Shown: positions 18,540 to 27,047, counted from the first letter of the stretch. The stretch: 44,546 bases of DNA from a virus (IMGVR_UViG_3300020138_000009:1-44546), one strand, 5' to 3'. Numbers and translations are program-made. Notes: generated from the sequence alone by a model not told the origin.

Positions 18540-19546
18540 TGCCGGTATGGGGGCCGTGGATCGACACCCCGGTGGTGTGGCAGCCGACGTCGTTCCTCGC
18601 GCGGACGTTGCGTGCACGCACGATGACCTGGGCGGCGCTCGAGGGGTTGACGGATTCGTTCGCGTCGATGCGGCCGTGGTGGCTCACGGGATCTACTCCG
18701 CCTTGGCCGGAGCCCATCGGCACGTTCGACGTCGCGTTCCCGCGGATGTCCGCGGTACACGAGTACCCGCAGTGGGACATGACGTTCCGTCGCCTGGACC
18801 AGTGGCTGCCGCTGTCAGTCGACGCGACGCAGGACCGCTTCAACCACCATGGGCACCTGTACATCGCGGACGACCACGCGCAGGCTGAGCACGCGACCCC
18901 GCTGCTGGGCTCTTGGGCGTGGCCGGAGGTGTCGGTGGTGCCCGACGTGCCGCCGCCGGGCGCGATCGGCGTGGACGTGGAGGACCAGGAGACGGTCCTC
19001 GCGCGACGCGCGTGGGTCAGCCTCGTCGCGGACGTGCCGTTCGGGGCGCAGTCGGTCTCGGTCGTCCGACCCCCGTCGGCGCAGTGGTCGCGCACCGGAC
19101 CTGCACGAAACGACATCCCGGGCAACGCCGGCCTGGCCGACTACGGGGATCCGTCGGTGTGGGTCGACCCGGACTTCGCCCCGGTCGCCTGGGCGTGGGC
19201 GCCCGACGCTGAGTCGACTGCGACGATCACGGGCTCGGACACCGTGCTGCTCCCCGTGGATCTGCCCATCGCAGAGGACTTCGCGGCGCTCGCGCCGATG
19301 TCGTCGCTGTGGCGGCCGACGGGTACCCCGGCTGGCGCGCAGATCCACGTGCAGATCACGTCGATCACCGTCGAGACGCAGGTTCGGCCCCGCCGGTACC
19401 GGTGGCTCTACGAAGGCTCGCAGGGCACGTGGCGGCTCCGGCAGCGCCAGTCCCTGCCCGGTGCGGACTCATGGCCGACCAGGCAGCGCCAGCACGGCGG
19501 ACACACCGGCTCGTGGCCGGTCCGACAGCGACAGACAGGGGTGTGA
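18539..19546 (+). CDS. Minor tail protein
   Basis: Position and overlap; Trp/Pro-rich; C-terminal WxxRQRQ repeats. Confidence 0.65.
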   Translation: MPVWGPWIDTPVVWQPTSFLARTLRARTMTWAALEGLTDSFASMRPWWLTGSTPPWPEPIGTFDVAFPRMSAVHEYPQWDMTFRRLDQWLPLSVDATQDRFNHHGHLYIADDHAQAEHATPLLGSWAWPEVSVVPDVPPPGAIGVDVEDQETVLARRAWVSLVADVPFGAQSVSVVRPPSAQWSRTGPARNDIPGNAGLADYGDPSVWVDPDFAPVAWAWAPDAESTATITGSDTVLLPVDLPIAEDFAALAPMSSLWRPTGTPAGAQIHVQITSITVETQVRPRRYRWLYEGSQGTWRLRQRQSLPGADSWPTRQRQHGGHTGSWPVRQRQTGV

Positions 19547-19547
19547 C

Positions 19548-19925
19548 GTGACCATCACGATTGGGACGCACGGGCTCGTCGACGACGAGATCGTGTGGCG
19601 GGCCGCGGCCGGAGCGGACGCCCGCGCCCGGTTCGTGCTGTGGGACGACGACGAGCGCACCACCCCGACGGACCTGACCGGTGTGACCGGGGCGTGCGAG
19701 GTCCGCACGAAGCTCGGCGGGGCACTCCTCGCCACGGCCGTCGTCACCGTCGACGGGCCCGCCGGCACGGTCGACGTGCACCTGCCCGCCAGCGAGTCCA
19801 CCGGCTGGTCCGCGCGCACCACGACCGCGGTCTTCGACGTCGAGCTCACCGCCGACGACGGGACCGTGACCCGCCTGTGCACGGGCACCCTCGACATCTC
19901 CCCCAACACCACGACGGGAGCCTGA
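19548..19925 (+). CDS. Minor tail protein (BppU N-terminal-like)
   Basis: P.DLTG....EVR, FDVELT..DG.VTRL..G pattern. Confidence 0.7.
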   Translation: MTITIGTHGLVDDEIVWRAAAGADARARFVLWDDDERTTPTDLTGVTGACEVRTKLGGALLATAVVTVDGPAGTVDVHLPASESTGWSARTTTAVFDVELTADDGTVTRLCTGTLDISPNTTTGA

Positions 19926-19926
19926 C

Positions 19927-20808
19927 GTGGGCGTCATCGTGATCGACGGCGGCAACCCCGCCGCCGTCGACGTCGTCATCACCCCTGCCGCCGCCATCGA
20001 CGTCGTCGCACCGCGCGGTCTGCCCGGTGCGAAGGGCGACCCCGGAGACTCCGGACCCGAAGGGCCGCCCGGGCGCGATGGCACCGACGGGCAGGACGGC
20101 GCACCAGGCACTCCCGGCGCCGACGGACAGGACGGTGCATCCGCCTACGAGCTCGCGCTCGCGGACGGCTTCGACGGGTCCCTGCAGGACTGGCTGGCGT
20201 CCCTCGTCGGCCCGCAGGGCGACCCGGGCCAGGACGGGGAACCGGGCCAGGACGGCGCTCCCGGTCGTGATGGTATCGACGGTCAGGACGGTGCTCCTGG
20301 CACGCCCGGCGCTGACGGTGCGGACGGCGTCACGCCGACGTTCACGGTCGGCACGGTCACGACCGGCGCACCGGGCACGGACGCCGAGGTCACCGTGACG
20401 GGCGGCCCGGACTACGAGATGTCGTTCACGATCCCGCGCGGCGCACAGGGCGACTCCGGTTCGGCCGCGCAGATCCAGTCGACGACCATCCCGGACGCCG
20501 ACGGTGACGGGACGATCGCGCTCGCGGCGGCGTTCACGCTGCTGCAGGTCGCGTACAGCGGTGCGGCACGGCTGCGCCTGTACCGCACCGCTTCAGGCCG
20601 CGCGGCGGATGCCGCGCGGGTGTTCACAGACCCGTACCTGGGGGGTGCTGGCCTCCTGTACGACTACCAGGCGACCAGCGCGGGCACGGACCTGGAGCGT
20701 CCGGTCGACGGCGCGTACGGCGTGGCTGAGGAGCAGGTCTACTACCGGGTCGACGGTGGCCCGGTCGACGTCACCCTGACGTGGGTGCAGACGGGAGCAG
20801 CAGCGTGA
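19927..20808 (+). CDS. Collagen-like tail fibre protein
   Basis: G-X-Y repeats, GASAYELA...WLASLVGPQG, FTIPRG. Confidence 0.85.
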   Translation: MGVIVIDGGNPAAVDVVITPAAAIDVVAPRGLPGAKGDPGDSGPEGPPGRDGTDGQDGAPGTPGADGQDGASAYELALADGFDGSLQDWLASLVGPQGDPGQDGEPGQDGAPGRDGIDGQDGAPGTPGADGADGVTPTFTVGTVTTGAPGTDAEVTVTGGPDYEMSFTIPRGAQGDSGSAAQIQSTTIPDADGDGTIALAAAFTLLQVAYSGAARLRLYRTASGRAADAARVFTDPYLGGAGLLYDYQATSAGTDLERPVDGAYGVAEEQVYYRVDGGPVDVTLTWVQTGAAA

Positions 20809-21746
20809 GCACCTTCTCGTGGATGAGCGCACCGGACATCTCGTCCAACGCCGCGTTCCGGAGGTGGGCGAAGGGAATCTTCGATGCGTTCGTCGGGTGC
20901 GGGTGGGTGCAGACCGAGGACTCGGGACAGTTGCAGGAATCGGACTTCGCGACGCTCGCGGTCCCGACGACGACGAACGGGGTGGCCGGGTACGTCATCT
21001 TCCGCATGAATGACGTGCACCAGTCAGCATGCCCGATCTTCATCAAGTTCGAGTTCGGGCGAGGCAACTCTGCGTCTCTGAACATCCCCGCGATCTGGAT
21101 CACGGTGGGGCAGGGTTCGAACGGCGCCGGAGCCATCACCGGCACGCTGCTCGCGCGTCAGCAGAACTACACTGGGTCCAGCGCGTCCGGGGCCGTCACC
21201 GAGTACCCAAGCTACGCGTCGTGCCACGGCGGCGGGATCTGCCTCGCGCCGTGGGTCGGGTTCGTCGACACCGCCGCGTTTTTCTTCGCAATCGAGCGCT
21301 CGTGTGACGAGTCCGGCGCGTACACCGCCGACGCCGTCGCGATCGTCATGGCGTGCTCCGGATTGCTGAAGGTTCGTGTGATTGGCAACGGCGGGTCGCC
21401 GGCCGGCGTCCTGGTAGCCGATGGTCAGTTCTGCAATGTCAGCCTGCCAGCGACCATCAACGGGCTCGATGCCAGCACCGCATCCACGCTCTCCGAGGAC
21501 GGTGTCGTGGCGCCGGTGCTCCCGATCCCCTTCATGGCCCCTGGCGTCAAGCCGTGGGTGTCGAATGCGATGGTGGCGGTCCACCCTGGCGACGCCGGAT
21601 CCACGTCAGTCATCCAGGCGGCGACGATCAACGGCCAGACCCGGACCTACCGCGCGTGGACGAGTTTCAACCAGCGGACAGGGGTGATCAGGCTGGCGAG
21701 TTCCTCCACCAACTACGTCGTGCCCGCGATCATCTGGGAGTCCTGA
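20805..21746 (+). CDS. Putative receptor-binding / tail fibre protein
   Basis: Last large tail gene; GW.QT.D.GQ, PIFIKFEFG; visibly more AT-rich codons. Confidence 0.6.
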   Translation: MSTFSWMSAPDISSNAAFRRWAKGIFDAFVGCGWVQTEDSGQLQESDFATLAVPTTTNGVAGYVIFRMNDVHQSACPIFIKFEFGRGNSASLNIPAIWITVGQGSNGAGAITGTLLARQQNYTGSSASGAVTEYPSYASCHGGGICLAPWVGFVDTAAFFFAIERSCDESGAYTADAVAIVMACSGLLKVRVIGNGGSPAGVLVADGQFCNVSLPATINGLDASTASTLSEDGVVAPVLPIPFMAPGVKPWVSNAMVAVHPGDAGSTSVIQAATINGQTRTYRAWTSFNQRTGVIRLASSSTNYVVPAIIWES

Positions 21747-21889
21747 TGCCGGTCACCGAGTGGAAGAACGTCGGCCTGGGCGTCTCGACGGGGCGCCCGC
21801 GGCCGATGCCGGGTGTCGTCGTGAATGGCGGCTCGGGTGGTGGTGGGACGGTCCCGGTCCCGGAGTCAGGTCGGGGGTACCCGCGATGA
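21746..21889 (+). CDS. Small hypothetical protein
   Basis: TGATG and ATGA overlaps with its neighbours. Confidence 0.55.
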   Translation: MPVTEWKNVGLGVSTGRPRPMPGVVVNGGSGGGGTVPVPESGRGYPR

Positions 21890-22605
21890 CGACGACGAAC
21901 AACGGCTGGCCGGTCGCCCCCGCGTCAGCCGTCACGCGCGTCTACCTGGCCGACGACCGCGATGGTGCGCTCGTGCTTCGCGGCGACGTCGCGACGGCGC
22001 TGTCGTGGCTCGTGCGGGAGATCGACACGCGCGTCGAGCCCGTCACGGTGGTCAACGGGTGGCGGTCGGCCGCGGACAACGCCCGCTACGGCGGCGCGTC
22101 GGGGTCGAACCACATGAGCGGGACGGCGATCGACGTGAACGGTGGGCAGCACCCGTACGAGCTCCACGTCCCGGCGAGCCAGCGCGGTACCCGGTACCGG
22201 TCGGGCTGGACCGCTGCGCAGGTCGCGGCGATCCGCGCGATCCTCGCGCGCGCCGACGGGCTGTTCGCGTGGGGCCTCGACTACCCGTCGGGCTTCCGTG
22301 ACGCCATGCACTTCGACATCGCCAAGGGCCGCACGCCGGCCGACGTCGCGCGCTTCGTCGCGGCGGTCACGACCCCACCGGCACCCGAGCCGGTCCGAGG
22401 AGAGGACGACGAGACCATGAGGCTCTACATCTGGGGTCGGAGCAAGTACCGCCTCTTGACCGGTGACCGGGTGACCGGCCTCACCCGTGAGGGCTGGGAG
22501 GCTTTCAAGGCGTCCGGGGTCCCGGTCGTCGTGCTCCCGCTCGTCGACTGCGAGAACCTCGAGAAGCGTCTCGTCGCCGAGTCCGTCGTCGACGACCCGT
22601 CGTGA
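21886..22605 (+). CDS. Endolysin, M15-family zinc peptidase
   Basis: NGW N-terminus, GWR, SNHMSGTAIDVN (SxHxxGxAxD), WG.D, DAMHF. Confidence 0.92.
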   Translation: MTTTNNGWPVAPASAVTRVYLADDRDGALVLRGDVATALSWLVREIDTRVEPVTVVNGWRSAADNARYGGASGSNHMSGTAIDVNGGQHPYELHVPASQRGTRYRSGWTAAQVAAIRAILARADGLFAWGLDYPSGFRDAMHFDIAKGRTPADVARFVAAVTTPPAPEPVRGEDDETMRLYIWGRSKYRLLTGDRVTGLTREGWEAFKASGVPVVVLPLVDCENLEKRLVAESVVDDPS

Positions 22606-23042
22606 CGGTCATGTCCCCGGACCGCCAGCTCCCCCTGTGGGCGCGGATCATCGGCCGGATCCTACGCGCGACGCTGTACGCACTCGGGGTCGCGATGGGC
22701 GTCGGTGACCTCATCGCGACGTCCCCCGTGATCCGCGACGCGGTCGGCCTGCCCGCCCTGCAGCTGTGGGGCTGGCTCGCCGTCGTCGCCGGCACCGTCG
22801 GATGCGTCGCGACCCTCACGTGGCGGTGGCGCTGGGAGTACATCGCGACGTGCGCACTGTCCCTCGCGCTCGCGGCCCGCGCGGTCGCGGTGTGGGCGAC
22901 GGTCGACGACGTCGCGGTGCGCATCGCGCCGGCCGCGGGCATGACGATCGCCGCGCTCGCGTGCGTCCTGCGGGGCCTGGACCTGACCGTGTTCGCGATC
23001 CGCACGTCGGCCGCGGCGCTGCGCACGCGCACCACGGGGTGA
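22602..23042 (+). CDS. Multi-TM membrane protein (lysis cassette)
   Basis: About four hydrophobic helices; follows the endolysin. Confidence 0.7.
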   Translation: MTVMSPDRQLPLWARIIGRILRATLYALGVAMGVGDLIATSPVIRDAVGLPALQLWGWLAVVAGTVGCVATLTWRWRWEYIATCALSLALAARAVAVWATVDDVAVRIAPAAGMTIAALACVLRGLDLTVFAIRTSAAALRTRTTG

Positions 23043-23377
23043 CGCGTGTGGATGCTGAGACCGTCCTCCTCCTGATCGCCGCGGTCCTGTCGTCGTCGGT
23101 TATCACGGCCGCGATCACCTCGACGGTCTCCTGGAAGCTCGGTGTCCGCGGCGACGAGCGTGAGGCGCGCGCCGACGAGGCGGCCGCTCGACGCGACACG
23201 ATCGCGGACCGTGACGGCCTGATCGACCAGATCCAGGAGGAGCTCGCCGACACCCGCACCCGTGTGACCGCGCTCGAGCGGGAGTACGCGCTCGAGCAGG
23301 CGTGGAACCGACAGCTCATCGACCACATCTACCGGCGTCGCGAACCCCCACCGCCGCCCCGACCGACCACGCTCTGA
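23039..23377 (+). CDS. Membrane-anchored coiled-coil protein (lysis cassette)
   Basis: N-terminal TM, coiled coil, L.DHIY...PPPP end. Confidence 0.7.
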   Translation: MTRVDAETVLLLIAAVLSSSVITAAITSTVSWKLGVRGDEREARADEAAARRDTIADRDGLIDQIQEELADTRTRVTALEREYALEQAWNRQLIDHIYRRREPPPPPRPTTL

Positions 23378-23392
23378 CGAAGGGACCGCACC

Positions 23393-23647
23393 ATGACCAC
23401 TGAGCAGATGGACGCGCTCGACGACACCGAGCCGCCGATCCCCCCGACGGTCTCCCCGCGTGTGCGCGCGGCCGCGTACTTCGTGCTGCTCGGGTGCTCG
23501 GCGCTCGTACTCCTTGCGACCGGGCTCGCGCCGATCTGGCTCGCCGCGGACACCGCGACGCGCGTCGTCGCGACCGGTGGCGTCGTCACGTCGGTCGCGG
23601 GCCTCGTCGCCGGCGGACTCGGGGTCGCGTACCGACCCACACGCTGA
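23393..23647 (+). CDS. Holin
   Basis: 84 aa, two TM helices, P.VR...Y motif; AAGGG RBS. Confidence 0.75.
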   Translation: MTTEQMDALDDTEPPIPPTVSPRVRAAAYFVLLGCSALVLLATGLAPIWLAADTATRVVATGGVVTSVAGLVAGGLGVAYRPTR

Positions 23648-23663
23648 CGCCCGCCCGCACACG

Positions 23664-23704
23664 GAACGGCCCCCGCCCTGCTTCGGCAGGTGCGGGGGCC
23701 GTTC
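23664..23704. terminator. Intrinsic terminator between convergent operons
   Basis: GAACGGCCCCCGC-CCTGC-TTCG-GCAGG-T-GCGGGGGCCGTTC followed by GTTTCGT. Confidence 0.85.
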
Positions 23705-23712
23705 GTTTCGTG

Positions 23713-24294
23713 TCAGAGGGGGAGGTCGCCGGCGGTGAAGCAGCCCTCGTCGAGCTCGTCGTCGCTGTCGACCTGGCGGCCCTCGACGATCTCCTGGCGG
23801 TCGCCGGTCACTCGGACGACGTTCGTCGCGATGTCGAGGCCGCCGCCGAAGGAGCGGACGAGTCGGCAGGGCGGGGTGTCGAGCCAGACGACGGGCACGC
23901 GCCCGACGTTCTCCTGGGCGAGCATCGCTCCCTCGACGATCTGGGCGCGCCAGGCGACGGGGACGCGGTGCTCGACGCCCCACGCGTCCTGCCCGACCAG
24001 GGTCGTGCGTCGCACGACCTCGACGAGCTCGGCGGCGTGCGCGCGGTGCACGAGCGAGACGTTGTCGTCGTGGCGCACGATGGGCCGGTCGGTCCGGGCG
24101 CCCTGGCCGGGTCGGCCCTCCGCCCACTCGTCGATCGTGGCGCGCGACCACAGCGGCGTCCGTCCGACGGTGTCGTCGGGGCGCGGGGCCTGTCCGCGGG
24201 CGACGTAGCTGCGCCAGGTCGCGGGCTCGATCGTCAGCGACCACGTGCGGGCGAGGTGCTCGAGGACCTCTGCGGTGGTGAGCCTGGTGGCCAT
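23713..24294 (-). CDS. AlpA/excisionase-like HTH fused to an unknown C-terminal domain
   Basis: TWRSYVARGQAP.PD..VGRTPLW...TI.EW...RPGQG; AAGGGA RBS. Confidence 0.75.
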   Translation of the reverse strand: MATRLTTAEVLEHLARTWSLTIEPATWRSYVARGQAPRPDDTVGRTPLWSRATIDEWAEGRPGQGARTDRPIVRHDDNVSLVHRAHAAELVEVVRRTTLVGQDAWGVEHRVPVAWRAQIVEGAMLAQENVGRVPVVWLDTPPCRLVRSFGGGLDIATNVVRVTGDRQEIVEGRQVDSDDELDEGCFTAGDLPL

Positions 24295-24331
24295 CTGTCC
24301 ATCCCTTCGTTCCGGTCTGTGCGATGAGACC

Positions 24332-24360
24332 ACCTTACAGCGTCGCGCTGCAAAGTTCAA
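24332..24360 (-). promoter_or_regulatory. Promoter TTGAAC-17-TAAGGT with overlapping near-palindromic operator
   Basis: On the minus strand; TTACAGCG-tcg-CGCTGCAA dyad at 24335-24353 spans the spacer. Confidence 0.6.
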
Positions 24361-24366
24361 GCAGTG

Positions 24367-25245
24367 CTAGCCTCCGGACAGCCACCGTGTGAGCTCGTGG
24401 GTGGCGTTGCGGTCGACGGCGCCGCGGAGCCGGTCGTAGTAGTCGAGCATGCGGGTGGTGGAGTGCCCGGCGGACGCGGAGATGTCCCGGTCGGGGATCC
24501 CGGCTTCGCGCGCGAGGGTGATGAACGTGGTGCGCAGGTCGTGCGGGGTGATGTGCCGGGTGATCCCAGCTGCTCGGGTGACGCGGGTGAGGTGCTGGCG
24601 GGCCATCTGTGCCGACATCCGTGACCCGAACTTCGGGTTGAGGAGCAGGGGCCCGCGGGCACGCCGGCCGATCGCGGCGCGCACGGCGGTGACGGTCGGT
24701 GCGGACAGGCCGAGTGCGTCGGACCCGCCGTTCTTGCGGGTGCGGACATGCGCGACGTGCGCGTCTCCGATGGCCTCGATGTCGGTGACATCGAGGTGGA
24801 CGGCCTCACCGACGCGGAGCCCGTTGAGCAGCAGCAGGTGCACGAGCGCGGCGACCTGCGGCAGGTCGGCGCTCGCGGCGGCGAGGACCGCGCGGCACTC
24901 GTCGGGTGTGAGCCAGGTGCGGGTCGACAGGGCGGGGCTCTTCGGTCGCCGCACGTGGATCATGGGGTTGGTGGGGATGTGCGCTTCCTGGTGGGCCCAC
25001 CGGTAGAACGCGAGCACGCGCCCGAGCTCGCCGCGGATGGTGTTGTCCTTGAGTCCGCGGGTCTCGCGCAGGTATCGAACCCACGTCTCGACGAGGTGCC
25101 GGTCGGCGTCGAGGACGTGCACGTTGGCGGAGGCGCACCACAGCAGCCAGTGCCGCATCGCGTACCTTTCGTTCTCGCGGCTGCGCCCGGACATGGGTGC
25201 GAGGTATCGGGCGGCGAGGTCCTCGCCGGTGGGTCGGGTGGTCAT
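24367..25245 (-). CDS. Second tyrosine recombinase (XerC/D-like, no arm-binding domain)
   Basis: GLRVGEA, RK.G, PHDLR, AGH, YYDR catalytic motifs; SAM-like N-domain. Confidence 0.92.
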   Translation of the reverse strand: MTTRPTGEDLAARYLAPMSGRSRENERYAMRHWLLWCASANVHVLDADRHLVETWVRYLRETRGLKDNTIRGELGRVLAFYRWAHQEAHIPTNPMIHVRRPKSPALSTRTWLTPDECRAVLAAASADLPQVAALVHLLLLNGLRVGEAVHLDVTDIEAIGDAHVAHVRTRKNGGSDALGLSAPTVTAVRAAIGRRARGPLLLNPKFGSRMSAQMARQHLTRVTRAAGITRHITPHDLRTTFITLAREAGIPDRDISASAGHSTTRMLDYYDRLRGAVDRNATHELTRWLSGG

Positions 25246-26228
25246 CGACGCCACACGTGCACGGTCTCGCGCTCGAGCAGCGGCGCACCCTCGGGGCCCT
25301 TGATGTGGGGTCGCACCCAGGTCGGTCGACGCTGGGCGCTCCCTGGGCCGCAGGGCTGCTGCCGCCAGTGTCCGCGCACGACCCACTGGTGGTGGTGCTG
25401 ACGGTCGTCGTGCTCGCCGTCGTGCTCGTCGTGGGGGCGAGGGATCTCCCGCAGGGTGACGATCGTGACGGCCGCGGCCGGAGCCGGCCCGCCTCGCGAC
25501 GCGCGGGCGTCGGGTAGGGCGCGCTGGTCGCCGATCCCGGGCTGGGAGGCGAGGAGCCAGGTCGTGCCGAGCAGCGCGGTCACGGGGTGCGGGGACCCGG
25601 GCGCGGGCTGCTCCCACCGCAGGGTGTCGGTGTGCACGGATGCTGCGACGAGCGCGGGCTGCCCGTCCTCCTCGGCGCGCAGCTCGGGGTCATCGGTGTA
25701 CGCGGTGAACGCGACGCCGGCGCGCGCGGCCCACCACGCGACGGCGCGCACGGGCACGGTCGGCGGCTCGACGGTGCCGAACGCAGTGGCCCGCCACCGT
25801 CGCCGGGGCGCACCGGGTGCGGGCACCTCGACACCGGTGGGGCCGTCCCACACGATCAGCCCGGTGGGGTGCGGCATCGCGACCTGCGGCGACCACTCGG
25901 GTAGCGCGCTCGCGGCGGCTGCGGCGAGGGACGTCATCTGTGGTGCGACCCACCACAGCACGCCCTCGCGGACCGCGGCCTCGATGTCCCAGATCTCGGA
26001 GGTGCCGGTGAGCACGGCGCGCGCGGCGTCCGCGCCGCCGACGCTGTACCGCTCGCGGACGGGTCGTCGTGCGTCGCGGTTCGCGCGGCTGGGGCTCATC
26101 TCGCTGGCGCGCGCGGCCGCGGCTCCGTACCGCTGGCCGGCGCGGCGTGCGGCGACGAGGTTGGCGAGCAGCTCGGCGCGTAGGCGTGGCATCTGCGACG
26201 GGGTGATCCGCCGGGTCGTGAGCTTCAC
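25242..26228 (-). CDS. Hypothetical phage protein
   Basis: WVVRGHWRQQ..GPG...R...WV.PHIKGP C-terminal motif; 4-bp overlaps with both neighbours. Confidence 0.75.
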   Translation of the reverse strand: MKLTTRRITPSQMPRLRAELLANLVAARRAGQRYGAAAARASEMSPSRANRDARRPVRERYSVGGADAARAVLTGTSEIWDIEAAVREGVLWWVAPQMTSLAAAAASALPEWSPQVAMPHPTGLIVWDGPTGVEVPAPGAPRRRWRATAFGTVEPPTVPVRAVAWWAARAGVAFTAYTDDPELRAEEDGQPALVAASVHTDTLRWEQPAPGSPHPVTALLGTTWLLASQPGIGDQRALPDARASRGGPAPAAAVTIVTLREIPRPHDEHDGEHDDRQHHHQWVVRGHWRQQPCGPGSAQRRPTWVRPHIKGPEGAPLLERETVHVWRR

Positions 26229-26638
26229 CGCTTGCCGTCCCGGATCTGGTAGGCGCGCTGCACGGACACCCCGGCAGCGGTGGCGATCGCGGGTCCGGGC
26301 ACGCGCTCGAGGAACGCGGCGCGCACGGCGTCGTCGCGCGCGTCGGCCGCGGCGTCGAGCGCGGTCTGCGCCTGCTCGAGGTCGGCCGCGGCCTGCTCGA
26401 CGAGGACGAGCATGTCGACGCGGGAGGGCCGCGAAGCCTCGAGCCCGAGGTAGACCACGTACTCGTTCGCGCCGGCCCAGTCGCCTGCGCGCATGAGGCG
26501 CTGCAGCTCGGCGATCGCGTCGGTGATCTCGGCGGGCGCGTCGGGGTACCAGGGGGTCAGCGCGTCGACGATGTCGTCGGTGTCGATCTGCCCGGTGCTC
26601 TGCCCGGTGATGGTGTCGGTGAGGGTGATGGCGCTCAT
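26225..26638 (-). CDS. HTH DNA-binding protein (probable cassette autorepressor/antitoxin)
   Basis: Coiled coil then RDDAVRAA...IATAAGVSVQRAYQI; AGGAG RBS. Confidence 0.75.
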   Translation of the reverse strand: MSAITLTDTITGQSTGQIDTDDIVDALTPWYPDAPAEITDAIAELQRLMRAGDWAGANEYVVYLGLEASRPSRVDMLVLVEQAAADLEQAQTALDAAADARDDAVRAAFLERVPGPAIATAAGVSVQRAYQIRDGKR

Positions 26639-26652
26639 GGTGGGTGCTCCTG

Positions 26653-27000
26653 TCAGGCCTGGGCCGCGTCGTACGCGGCGATGATCTCGTCGGCGAAGCC
26701 GTTCGTCATCGACTCCACGGAGACGATGCGGGTGGGGATGATGAGGCGGGCGCCGAGGGCGTGGTCCTCGTCGTCCTCGTCGGCCGGGTAGCCCTCGACC
26801 TCGACGAGGTTCCACGTCCACTCGAACGGGATGCCGACCTGGGCGAGGTAGGCGGCGAGCTCCTCGCGCGAGCAGCACACGGAGACACCGTTGCGGGTGT
26901 CCTCGCCGTTGCGCCACGACACCGAGATCTGGTTCTCGGCGACCAGGAGGTCCTCGGCCGCGTAGGTCGTCGGCTGGATGCGGTAGTAGCTCGTCGTCAT
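26653..27000 (-). CDS. Hypothetical acidic protein, possible ADP-ribosyltransferase-like fold
   Basis: YYRIQ...GVSVC...VEVEG spacing resembles R-S-E ART; typical codon usage; first gene of a leaderless operon. Confidence 0.6.
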   Translation of the reverse strand: MTTSYYRIQPTTYAAEDLLVAENQISVSWRNGEDTRNGVSVCCSREELAAYLAQVGIPFEWTWNLVEVEGYPADEDDEDHALGARLIIPTRIVSVESMTNGFADEIIAAYDAAQA

Positions 27001-27006
27001 GGCTCG

Positions 27007-27047
27007 ATTCTAGCGCACTAGAACAGCAGGATGCAAGCGCACTAGAA
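27007..27047 (-). promoter_or_regulatory. Leaderless promoter TTGCAT-18-TAGAAT with operator repeats
   Basis: -10 lies 6 nt before ATG 27000; palindrome TTCTAG-cgca-CTAGAA at 27008-27023; AGCGCACTAGAA repeated at 27012 and 27036. Confidence 0.7.

Noticed and set aside
15297-18617. 1106-aa minus-strand ORF
   Set aside because: Shadow of the 932-aa tail gene; no motifs or RBS
19927-21889. DGR or invertible tail-fibre cassette driven by the second recombinase
   Set aside because: No reverse transcriptase, no TR/VR pair, and no inverted repeats or alternative fibre ends seen by eye; an einverted run would be needed to exclude short sites
24367-25617. 416-aa version of the second recombinase
   Set aside because: The extension overlaps the upstream gene; ATG 25245 gives a standard 4-bp overlap and a normal domain start
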